Below, piece by piece: positions 36,949-44,856 of a stretch of 64,000 nt of DNA (position 1 is the first letter of the stretch; each line of letters begins with the position of its first letter). Location: assembly GCA_035264905.1 (NCBI GenBank), contig DATFPH010000199.1:3820-67819 (forward strand). The letters are read 5' to 3'. This stretch comes from Thermoanaerobaculia bacterium (lineage in GTDB: Bacteria > Acidobacteriota > Thermoanaerobaculia > Multivoradales > UBA5704). The notes beneath the pieces were generated by a model that was given only the letters and a program-made list of their open reading frames with translations, did no database searches and had not been told where the DNA came from. The position numbers were made by a program, and so were the translations under genes.

Positions 36949-37097
36949 GATTCTCTCCTTGCAAATCAACTGGCCATTGAGGCCGATTCAACCCTGGACC
37001 GGATAATCGCTTCTAGTCTACTCGCGTCTATACAGGCGAAGCAAGCAGGGAAAAGTTACGGCAGGATGTAGAGCAGCACCGGCTCATCGGATCAGCC

Positions 37098-38033
37098 TCA
37101 GCCTCCTTTTGGGGAGGCCACCAACTGCTCTCCGAGGCTTTCCGGCCATCGTCTCTGCGGCATTCGATTCACCTCGGGCGAGGTCAGGACCTGGGCATTG
37201 GCTCCACGAACTGCGACAAAGGTACCGCGGTCCTCGTATTTGTAACGCACGTCCGTCGCCCTGTCATAGTAGTCGAACACGAGCGGGCTCGCGACCTCGT
37301 AGACTGTGGAGAATCCAACCCGGTTCAAGAGATTGAGCAACGACGGCCTGGTGAACCAGAAGGACGTCGTGTTGCCCATCGCCGACCATGGGCTGTTGAG
37401 CATGTCGGCGGCGGTCATGCCTTCCGCGAACTCGCGAAAGCTCCGGCCGGAATACAGCTCGCCGCGGAGCTCCACGCTCTGCTCGTTCACCAGGCTGTAG
37501 TGCGTATCGATGACAGCGATGCGAGAGGCGAGCTGGTGGATCGTCTCGACCAGGTCGAAGGCCGCCACCGCGTCGAGGTGATACAGCAATCCGTAACAGA
37601 GCACCAGGTCGAACTGGCGCTTGAGCTTCCCCAGATTCCGTACATCCTCGCACAGGAAGCTGATTCCCCGGAGGCCGAGAACCTCGGCGACGAACCGTGC
37701 CTTCGCGAGGTTGCTCTCCCGCCCCTCGACGCAGACCACCCGGGCGCCGTGCCGGGCAAATTCCAGCGATAGACCACCCTCCCCGGCGCCGAGGTCGAGG
37801 ACGCGCAGCCCCGAGAGGTCCGGACCGAAGAAGTCGTGGGCTAACTGGATGGCCCTCCGTGTCTTTTCGTCAAAGTTGGCGACGCCTTCCTTCACTGTCC
37901 ACACGGAGTCACACAGCCGGACATTGTGCGCCGTCCATGGGCCGTGCCGCGCTTCGATCTCGACCTTCCGACGGAGGATTTCCTCCGGCGAAGGCCGGCG
38001 GCCGAAGACTCGACGCAGGTCGAGGAGCTTCAT
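37098..38033 (-). CDS. class I SAM-dependent methyltransferase
   Basis: VLDLGAGEGGLSLEFA and DLVLCYGLLYHLD. ATG 38033 lies 2 nt after the upstream stop. Confidence 0.85.
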   Translation of the reverse strand: MKLLDLRRVFGRRPSPEEILRRKVEIEARHGPWTAHNVRLCDSVWTVKEGVANFDEKTRRAIQLAHDFFGPDLSGLRVLDLGAGEGGLSLEFARHGARVVCVEGRESNLAKARFVAEVLGLRGISFLCEDVRNLGKLKRQFDLVLCYGLLYHLDAVAAFDLVETIHQLASRIAVIDTHYSLVNEQSVELRGELYSGRSFREFAEGMTAADMLNSPWSAMGNTTSFWFTRPSLLNLLNRVGFSTVYEVASPLVFDYYDRATDVRYKYEDRGTFVAVRGANAQVLTSPEVNRMPQRRWPESLGEQLVASPKGG

Positions 38034-38035
38034 TC

Positions 38036-39058
38036 TCAGATCCGCCCCTCCGCGATCTCCTGCTCCACCCACGGGATCACCTCGTCGAGCACCCCGGAGA
38101 GCGGGGTCATCGCCTCGAAGCCGAGGACCTCGCGGGCCTTCCGCGTGTCCGGAATCCGCATCTGCACATCGTGCGGATAGGGTGGATCGGAGACCCAGCG
38201 GAACGGCTTGCCATCTCCGTGGACCTTGCGCCAGATCAGCTCCGCGAGCTCCAGGACGCTGGTCGCGACCGGCGTCGACAGGTTGAAGTCTTCGTTCTCC
38301 GCCTTCTCGTGGAACATGGCCGTCAGGATGCCGCGGGCCAGGTCGCCGCCGTAGGTGTAGCAGCGCACCTGGTTGCCGGCGCCCAGGAGGTGGATCGGGT
38401 CCTGCCCCTTGAGCACCTTCTGGACCAGGTCCGGCACCACGTGGCTCATCGCCAGCTTGATGTTGCCGCTCGGTACCTCCTTGTCTCCCAGGGCCCGGGT
38501 CTCACCGACGCCGACGCAGTTGAAGGGCCGGCAGATGGTGTAGGGGAGCTGGTACTGCTCCCAGGCGCCGCGGGCGAAGTACTCACAGGCCAGCTTCTGG
38601 AACCCGTAGGTGCTGGTGGGCGGCGGACACTGCCGCTCGTGCCCCTCCGGGCTGGGAAATTGCGTGGCGTTCTCGTACACCATGCTGCTCGAGAGCACCG
38701 TGACTTTCCGCAGCTTGTGATTCCTGAAGGCGTCGATGGCGGCGTCGAAGGCTGCGGCGGTGATCCGCTCGTTCTCCGCCAGCAGGTCGTAGGCGTACTC
38801 GTGGAAATAGGAAATGCCGCCGATCCGCGCGGCGCAGGCCAGGAAGTGGTCACAGTCCGCGAGCAGCTCCTTGAGGAGGTCCACGTCCCGGGCGTCGGCC
38901 TGGAGGAATCGGTATCTCGGATGGTTCTGGAAGCTCCGCTCCACGGCCCCATACTTCGAGTAATTGTCGAGGCCGACGACCTCATGGCCGGCCTCCAGCA
39001 GCTGCTGGACGACATAACCGGCGATGAACCCGGCCGATCCGGTGATCAGAACTTTCAC
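38036..39058 (-). CDS. NAD-dependent epimerase/dehydratase (extended SDR)
   Basis: MKVLITGSAGFIAGYV Rossmann motif and YGFQK catalytic YxxxK. Confidence 0.88.
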   Translation of the reverse strand: MKVLITGSAGFIAGYVVQQLLEAGHEVVGLDNYSKYGAVERSFQNHPRYRFLQADARDVDLLKELLADCDHFLACAARIGGISYFHEYAYDLLAENERITAAAFDAAIDAFRNHKLRKVTVLSSSMVYENATQFPSPEGHERQCPPPTSTYGFQKLACEYFARGAWEQYQLPYTICRPFNCVGVGETRALGDKEVPSGNIKLAMSHVVPDLVQKVLKGQDPIHLLGAGNQVRCYTYGGDLARGILTAMFHEKAENEDFNLSTPVATSVLELAELIWRKVHGDGKPFRWVSDPPYPHDVQMRIPDTRKAREVLGFEAMTPLSGVLDEVIPWVEQEIAEGRI

Positions 39059-39077
39059 GTCGAATGACTCCTCGTCG

Positions 39078-40277
39078 TTACTGGCTCGGTGGCTGCAGGC
39101 ATCCCCAGACGTCGACGACCAGCTTCCCCTCGACCGGCGGGAGCTCGCGATAGACCCGGTGCGGGGTGGCCACGAACAGGACGTCCGCCTCGGCCAGCAC
39201 GCGCTCCAGCGGCACCAGCGTCGCGTCCTGGACGAACGGGTCGGTGCACAGCACCTCCCGCGCTTCGAGAGCGAGCAGCTTGCGCATCTTGTAGGCGAGC
39301 GAGTCGCGCGGATCGTCGCTCTCCGCCTTGAAGGCCATGCCGAGGATGCCTACCTTGAGCCGACTCAGGTCGGCCTGCCGGCGGGCCAGCTCGATCAGAT
39401 GGCTCGGCAGCCCCTCGTTCACCAGCATGGCGGCATGACCGAGCATGAAGTGGTTGTGGCTGAACGACGCGAGCTGCATCGTGTCCTTGACCAGGCAGGG
39501 CCCCGCGGCGAGGCCGGGCCCCGGCATGCCCGCCATGCGCGGGTAGTTGAAGCGGCAGCCGTGGAGGATGCGATCGAAGTCGACGCCGCACGACGAGGCG
39601 AGCATGTAGAACTGGTTGACCGTGGCGAATTGAATGTAGCGCCAGGCGTTGGTCATCAGCTTGCAGAGCTCGGCCTCCATCGGCTCCATCTCGACGAAGT
39701 CGCGGGTGAAGCGCTCGAAGACGCCACGCACCGCCTCCAGGGCCGCGCGGTCGAACGCGCTCACCAGCTGCGGCAGCTCCCGGAACTCGCGCAGGCTGTA
39801 CCCTTGAGCCACCCGCTCCGGGCAGCAGGCCACGTTGATGCGCAGCCCCGCCTCCGTGAGCATCCGCTGGATGCGCTGGCTGGTCCCCGGGAAGACCGTG
39901 CTGCGCAGGATCAGGATCTGCCCGTCGCGCAGGTGCTCCCAGGAGGCGCGCAGGGCCCGGTCGATCGCCGAGAAGGACGGGTTGAGATGCTCGTCGACCG
40001 GCGTGCCGATGATCATGAAGAGGAACCGGCACTGGCTGATCGGGTCCGGGCGGTCTTCGACGGTCAGGAGGCCGGTGCCGAGGACGCGCCGCAGCACCTC
40101 CTCCGCCCCCTCCTCGAAAAAGGGCATCTGCCCGTCGCGGATCTGCCGCATCTTGCGCGAGTCGACGTCGTAGATGACCGTGCGGAGCCCCGAGTCGGCA
40201 CAGATGAGGGCGAACGGCAGGCCCACATGGCCGCCGCCGCCGATGACACACACGTCGTGAGGGAACATTTCCGTCAT
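39078..40277 (-). CDS. nucleotide-sugar dehydrogenase (UDP-glucose/GDP-mannose dehydrogenase family)
   Basis: VCVIGGGGHVGLP NAD-binding motif, central PGPGLAGPCL(V)KD Cys-active-site region and a C-terminal UDP-binding domain. ATG 40277 (or 40268) was chosen over the track start at 40505. Confidence 0.85.
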   Translation of the reverse strand: MTEMFPHDVCVIGGGGHVGLPFALICADSGLRTVIYDVDSRKMRQIRDGQMPFFEEGAEEVLRRVLGTGLLTVEDRPDPISQCRFLFMIIGTPVDEHLNPSFSAIDRALRASWEHLRDGQILILRSTVFPGTSQRIQRMLTEAGLRINVACCPERVAQGYSLREFRELPQLVSAFDRAALEAVRGVFERFTRDFVEMEPMEAELCKLMTNAWRYIQFATVNQFYMLASSCGVDFDRILHGCRFNYPRMAGMPGPGLAAGPCLVKDTMQLASFSHNHFMLGHAAMLVNEGLPSHLIELARRQADLSRLKVGILGMAFKAESDDPRDSLAYKMRKLLALEAREVLCTDPFVQDATLVPLERVLAEADVLFVATPHRVYRELPPVEGKLVVDVWGCLQPPSQ

Positions 40278-40290
40278 TGCTGCTCCGAGC

Positions 40291-41568
40291 CTATACCAAC
40301 CCGAGCTCCCGGTAGAGCGCCAGGTACCCCGCCGCGGCCGACACCGGATCGGCGAGGAGCCGCGCCGCCTCGTCCGGCACCGCCGGCAGGCCGTCTCTCT
40401 GGAGGTCCCGCAGCGTGGCCGCGATCCCCTCCGCCCCCAGCTCCAGAGGGACCAGCCGGCCGGCTTCGAGCGCCGGGACCCGCTCCGCCACGGCGCCCAG
40501 GGCAAACGCCAGCACCGGGACCCCGGCGACCACGCACTCGCTGAGCGCCAGGTTGTGCGACTCGGGCCCGACCGAGGGGAGCAGCGCGAGGTCGACGCCG
40601 TCCCGCCGCAGGAGGCCGGGGAGGGAGCCGCTCCGGTAGTAGCCGCGCACCCGCACGCCGAGCCGCCGCAGCGCGCGCAACTGCCCCGCGTCTCCGCCGC
40701 CGTAGGCGCTCCAGCGCAGGCCCGCGCCGGCCAGGCGGCGGACCAGCTCGGCGAAGACGAGCGACCCCTTGTGCGGCTGCACGCTCCCCACGAACGCCAC
40801 GTGCCGCAAGGGTCGCGAAGAAGGGCGCGGAAGCGCGACGGTCGAGGCGATAGGCGGCTCGAGGACGTGCCAGCGCCCGGCAGCCTCCGGAGCGATGGCA
40901 GGCAGGCGCTCCAAGTGGAACCGCCGCAGAAAGTCCGAGGGGAAGATCACGGCGCCGGCTGCGGAGAGGAGCTCGGCGGCGAGCGCCCGCCTCTCTTCGT
41001 GGGCGCCCAGCGGCCACTCGTGGGGGAGCGGAGAGAAGGCCGCGAAGTCGTGGAGGGAGAGGATGAGCTGAAAGCCCCCTTGCGCCAGCCGAAGGAGCGA
41101 GGCCGGAGGGAGCCCCGCCAGCCCTTCGGCCTGCACCGCCCGGGCGCCCACCCGCTCGGCAGCTCGACGCACCGCGCCCTCGAACGCCGCGTCGTCCAGA
41201 GCCACCGGAGACGGCGCCGCGCCGGGGATCTCCAGGAACCAGCGCTCGGCGCCTGTCAGAACCTCCAGACGCCAGGCGCCGATGTTGGAGTCGAGGGGGT
41301 AGAGGAGGGCGATCGATCGCCCGCGCGCCTCGGCCTCCAGGCGGGTCCGAAGCTGCGTCGGGACGCCGCCCAGCCACGGCACGGGCGGAGCCGAGGTGAC
41401 CAGGAGGACCGGGATCGGTGCCTCCGGCCGCCAATCCGGAGGCATCGGGGAGTACGACCGCCGGCGCGCCGCTTCGGCGAGCCGGTCCCACGTGCGGTCG
41501 CGGACCGCCGCCGCTCCCTCCGCGCGGAGCACCCGCCAGGCGACCCGGAGGCGGTGCGCCGCGCTCAC
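40291..41568 (-). CDS. glycosyltransferase family 4 (GT-B)
   Basis: VAFVGSVQPHKG...PSVGPESHNLALSECVVAGVPVLA. The GTG start overlaps the upstream TGA (GTGA at 41565-41568). Confidence 0.75.
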   Translation of the reverse strand: MSAAHRLRVAWRVLRAEGAAAVRDRTWDRLAEAARRRSYSPMPPDWRPEAPIPVLLVTSAPPVPWLGGVPTQLRTRLEAEARGRSIALLYPLDSNIGAWRLEVLTGAERWFLEIPGAAPSPVALDDAAFEGAVRRAAERVGARAVQAEGLAGLPPASLLRLAQGGFQLILSLHDFAAFSPLPHEWPLGAHEERRALAAELLSAAGAVIFPSDFLRRFHLERLPAIAPEAAGRWHVLEPPIASTVALPRPSSRPLRHVAFVGSVQPHKGSLVFAELVRRLAGAGLRWSAYGGGDAGQLRALRRLGVRVRGYYRSGSLPGLLRRDGVDLALLPSVGPESHNLALSECVVAGVPVLAFALGAVAERVPALEAGRLVPLELGAEGIAATLRDLQRDGLPAVPDEAARLLADPVSAAAGYLALYRELGLV

Positions 41569-43805
41569 GCCGTCCGCCGCCCCCGCCCTCCGCTGCGCCC
41601 CGTGCCCGTCATGGTCCGTTCGAGGCGGTCCGCGGCGGCGCGGCGGCGGGCGAGCACCCGCTCATAGACCTCCTCGATCTCCTCGGCATGCACGTCGAAC
41701 CCTTTGACCGGCGGAATCGCCGCGGCCCAGCGGTCGAGCTGGCCGGGATCGGCGATCAGCCGTTCGATCCAGGCGCGCAGGGCGCCCGGATCGTCCGGAT
41801 CGAACAGGGCTCCCGCCTCCCCCGACGGGCTGTCCGCGAACAGCTCGGAGAGAGCGCCGCGGTCGCTCGCCAGCACGGGCAGGCCGTGGTGCAGGGCCTC
41901 CCGCGCCACCAGGCCGAACGACTCCAGGCCCACGGAAGGGACGAGGAGCGCGTCGAGCTCCGCGAAGATCTCCGCCTTCCGCTCCTCGGGGAACCGTCCG
42001 CGCAGCTCCACCGCCGGCCCGCCGGCCGTCGCGAGCTCCCGCGCGTAGGCCGGATTGATCTCCGGGTCCCCCCAGACGATGAGCCGCGCCCGGTCCGGAG
42101 AGATCCCCGCGAACCCCGCCGCGGCGACATGGCCCCCCTTGTGCGGGAGGAGCGCGCCGATGAACCCGAAGCGCAGAGCCGCGCCGGGAGCCCGCGGCGG
42201 GCGGATCGTGGGGCGCGGCCCCATCTCGATCCCGTACGGGATCACGGACGCCGGATCGTCCGGCCGCAGGATGCCGAGCCGCAGGGCGCTCTCGCGCATG
42301 AATTCGGAGCCCATGACGAACGCGTCCGCGTGCCGCAAGGCGCGCTGCATCGCCCGCCAGCGCGCGGCGTAGAGCAGCCGGTTGAGGAGCGGGGCCGGGG
42401 GCAGGCTGGTCAGCGGCAGGCAGGCCGAGCACTTGCCGGGCGCCGGCCCGCTGCACAGCCGGCGCTGCGCATGGAGCAGATTGGCGCGGGCGCAGGCGAG
42501 CCACCAGTCCTGGATCTGGAACACGACCGGAATGCCCCGCCGCGCCGCCGCGCCGACCAGCGACGCCGCGTGCCCGGCCAGGTGATGCACGTGCAGGAGC
42601 CGCGGCGTGAACTCGTCGAGCAGCCGCGCGAAGTCCGCGGTCAGCGACCGGTCGTAGATCGCGTTGCGCGACAGCGGATCGCGCTGGGTGAAGTTGTTGA
42701 CGATCAGGCGGACGCGGACGCCCTCGTCCAGCAGCTCGACCGCATCCCCTTTGACGCGCGCGGGATCGGCGATCCGGGCATAGACCGCCACCTCGCGGAC
42801 CTGCGCCTGCCGGCGGGCGAGCCAGGCGGCATAGAGCTCGGTGCCGGCCGGGCTCCACGGGGGCCAGCCGTGCACCAGGTGGAGGACCCGCTCGGGGCGG
42901 CCCGGCGGCTGCGGCCGGCGCGCGGGGCGCAGCTCGGCCATCACCCGCTGGCGCAAGGGGCGGATCGGGTCCTCGCGGATGAACGCCGCCACCGTCGCCA
43001 GGTACTCGGGATGGAGGCGGCGCATCGCCCTGTGTGCGGCGTCCACCCGCCGGCCGCGGCTCGTCCCGAAGCTGCGCTGCCCCTCGTGATAGATGAACGT
43101 CGCGTCGTCGAGCACGTGCACGTAGCCCGCCTTCAAGGCCCGCATGCAGAACTCGCTCTCCTCGCCATACCCCTGGCCGAAGCTCTTCGAGTCGAACAGC
43201 CCGATCTGGTTGAGCACCTTCCTCTTGATGTACAGGCAGACGCCGACGCCCGTGGGGAGCCGCGGATAGGCCTGGCGGGACCGCGCCTCCACGAGCCGGG
43301 CGAACGAGCCCACGGTCTGCCCTGCCGGCAGGGCGTTGTTTTCGAGGAAGCGGGGGAGCGAGCAGATCGTCGCGCTGTTCGAAAACGGCGTGACGGTGGC
43401 GATCTCGAACGCCGAGTACGCCGCCGCCTGGAGCTTGCGCACCCACCGCTCGGTCACCTGCGTGTCGCTGTTGAGCAGGATCACGTCGCGGGGCGTGGCC
43501 GCCATCCCGCGGTTGACGCTGGCCACGAACCCGAGCCGCTCGGCGTTGCGGAGGACGAGGAGCCCCTCGGGCCGTTCCCGTTCCAGGCGGGCCACCAGAG
43601 CCTCCGTTGCGGCCGGCTGCGGCCCGTCGAGCACGATCAACAGGCGGTGGCGCTCCAGGTTCGTCCAGGCGAGGAGACTCTCCACGCACCGCGCGAGCTC
43701 CGCCGGCGCTCCGGCCACGGGCAGGACGACGTCGACCGGTCCCGGAGGCCGGTCGGGGGGGACACGAGAAGGCTCCCCTTCCCAGGACAGAGGCTGCGGC
43801 TTCAT
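41565..43805 (-). CDS. bifunctional GT2 - GT4 glycosyltransferase
   Basis: N-terminus: VDVVLPVAGA...IVLDGP...LLNSDTQV...GYGEESEFCMRA (GT2). C-terminus: VGLESFGLVAREALHHGLPVLASDRG (GT4). ATG 43805 was chosen over the track start at 43979. Confidence 0.8.
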   Translation of the reverse strand: MKPQPLSWEGEPSRVPPDRPPGPVDVVLPVAGAPAELARCVESLLAWTNLERHRLLIVLDGPQPAATEALVARLERERPEGLLVLRNAERLGFVASVNRGMAATPRDVILLNSDTQVTERWVRKLQAAAYSAFEIATVTPFSNSATICSLPRFLENNALPAGQTVGSFARLVEARSRQAYPRLPTGVGVCLYIKRKVLNQIGLFDSKSFGQGYGEESEFCMRALKAGYVHVLDDATFIYHEGQRSFGTSRGRRVDAAHRAMRRLHPEYLATVAAFIREDPIRPLRQRVMAELRPARRPQPPGRPERVLHLVHGWPPWSPAGTELYAAWLARRQAQVREVAVYARIADPARVKGDAVELLDEGVRVRLIVNNFTQRDPLSRNAIYDRSLTADFARLLDEFTPRLLHVHHLAGHAASLVGAAARRGIPVVFQIQDWWLACARANLLHAQRRLCSGPAPGKCSACLPLTSLPPAPLLNRLLYAARWRAMQRALRHADAFVMGSEFMRESALRLGILRPDDPASVIPYGIEMGPRPTIRPPRAPGAALRFGFIGALLPHKGGHVAAAGFAGISPDRARLIVWGDPEINPAYARELATAGGPAVELRGRFPEERKAEIFAELDALLVPSVGLESFGLVAREALHHGLPVLASDRGALSELFADSPSGEAGALFDPDDPGALRAWIERLIADPGQLDRWAAAIPPVKGFDVHAEEIEEVYERVLARRRAAADRLERTMTGTGRSGGRGRRTA

Positions 43806-43906
43806 GGCGCCAGAGGACGCTATCACACGGGCCCGCCGGGACGCGGCGCATCTGCTGGCGGTCTGACTTTTCTGAAACGCGAGCAGCGGTGATCGATTCG
43901 ATCCAC

Positions 43907-44071
43907 CTACGCCGTGGTGGCTCCCTCGGAGATGCCGCAGCCGCCCTCGCAGGACATGTCGTAGCAACTCTCGATGCACGACCGGTTTCCGCCGATCCCG
44001 GCACCCGCCGGCTCCAACCGGCGCAGGGTTTCGCGATGGAGGGACAGCTTGTTCAGTCGCTTCTTGGCCAT
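43907..44071 (-). CDS. 54-aa Cys-rich peptide with leader/core organisation (candidate RiPP/bacteriocin precursor)
   Basis: ATG 44071 with AAGGAGGAG 7 nt upstream. Peptide MAKKRLNKLSLHRETLRRLEPAGAGIGG|NRSCIESCYDMSCEGGCGISEGATTA. It has a KLSLxRETLRxL-type leader, a Gly-Gly motif, and a core with 4 Cys, three of them in SC dipeptides. Confidence 0.55.
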   Translation of the reverse strand: MAKKRLNKLSLHRETLRRLEPAGAGIGGNRSCIESCYDMSCEGGCGISEGATTA

Positions 44072-44195
44072 GGGTGATCTCCTCCTTTGGAATGGGGGAT
44101 GATAGCGCTTCTGCGGTTCGAGCTGCGCCCCCTGGGAGCGCGGGCGTCCTCGCCGGCTCAGACTCTCCGCGACCACGGCGGCCGGACTGCGCACT

Positions 44196-44417
44196 CTACG
44201 ACTCGGGCCAGATCTCCATCGCCGAATAGGCCAAGACAGCCAGGAGGTCCTGCTCGGTAAGCTGCGGGTACTCGGCAAGGATGTCGGACGGAGTCAGACC
44301 GTCCGCCAGGCTGCCGATCAGAGTTTTCACAGGGATCCGGGTCCCTCGAATGCAAGGGTCTCCGTGATGAAGGTCTTCGGCGACGACGATATGGTCCTGC
44401 CAACGAATACCGTCCAT
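44196..44417 (-). CDS. DUF433 domain protein (antitoxin-like, orphan)
   Basis: DPCIRGTRIPVKTLIGSLADGLTPSDILAEYPQLTEQDLLAVLAY is the DUF433 signature. GGGAGG lies 6 nt upstream of the ATG. There is no partner toxin ORF downstream. Confidence 0.75.
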   Translation of the reverse strand: MDGIRWQDHIVVAEDLHHGDPCIRGTRIPVKTLIGSLADGLTPSDILAEYPQLTEQDLLAVLAYSAMEIWPES

Positions 44418-44433
44418 CTGGCACCTCCCGAAG

Positions 44434-44556
44434 CTATCCCAGCAGCTCTTTCAAGAGAGCCTGGGGTTCCAGAGCCCGGACGGGTGATCGGGCGTAGTGT
44501 CGAAGATTCCGCGTGGCAATCACGTCTTCCTGACAGGCGACGGCGGCCGCGCGATC
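44434..44556 (-). pseudogene. VapC (PIN-domain) toxin remnant, C-terminal ~40 codons only
   Basis: CDRAAAVACQEDVIATRNLRHYARSPVRALEP matches the last acidic residue and TRN-xxHF motif of the PIN/VapC C-terminus. It begins directly at the antitoxin stop, and about 90 N-terminal codons are missing. Confidence 0.45.
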
Positions 44557-44776
44557 ACAGGTAGCGTTTCGCCAGAGCTTGATAGCGTTCGTCCTGGCGA
44601 TCCGCTGGTTGAAACTGACCCCGCCACCTCTGCGAGAAGGTGCTCTCCGGTCGCCTGGTGACGGTCCGGAGCGAGTCTTCCACGAGCTCCGAAAGGGACA
44701 TCCCCCTCTCAAGCGCGAGGCGTTCCGCCTTGGGAATCAGCTCTTGGTCGATGGTCACGATCAGCTCGGTTTTCAT
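44555..44776 (-). CDS. DUF6364-like type II antitoxin
   Basis: MKTELIVTIDQELIPKAERLALERGMSLSELVEDSL...SQRWRGQF...RYQALAKRYL. ATG 44776 with GGAGA upstream. The track start at 44842 is rejected. Confidence 0.65.
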   Translation of the reverse strand: MKTELIVTIDQELIPKAERLALERGMSLSELVEDSLRTVTRRPESTFSQRWRGQFQPADRQDERYQALAKRYL

Positions 44777-44856
44777 GGTGTCTCCAGCCCCAACAGGCTG
44801 CCGAGTATACCAATCTTGATGCCGCCCTTGCGATACACTCATCGTGCAACCACGCC

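Noticed and set aside
43806-44071. Calling the Cys-rich peptide plus the adjacent GT2-GT4 gene a glycocin (S-glycosylated bacteriocin) cluster.
   Set aside because: The GT2-GT4 gene is the first member of a long polysaccharide operon. No C39-peptidase ABC exporter, thiol-disulfide oxidoreductase or immunity gene is nearby. It is kept only as a speculative note within the peptide finding.
44158-44424. ORFs 44158..44424 (-) and 43607..44077 (+) overlapping the DUF433 gene, the peptide gene and the GT gene.
   Set aside because: These are alternate or antisense frames without motifs or SD sequences. The DUF433 and peptide frames have strong SDs and recognisable sequence patterns.
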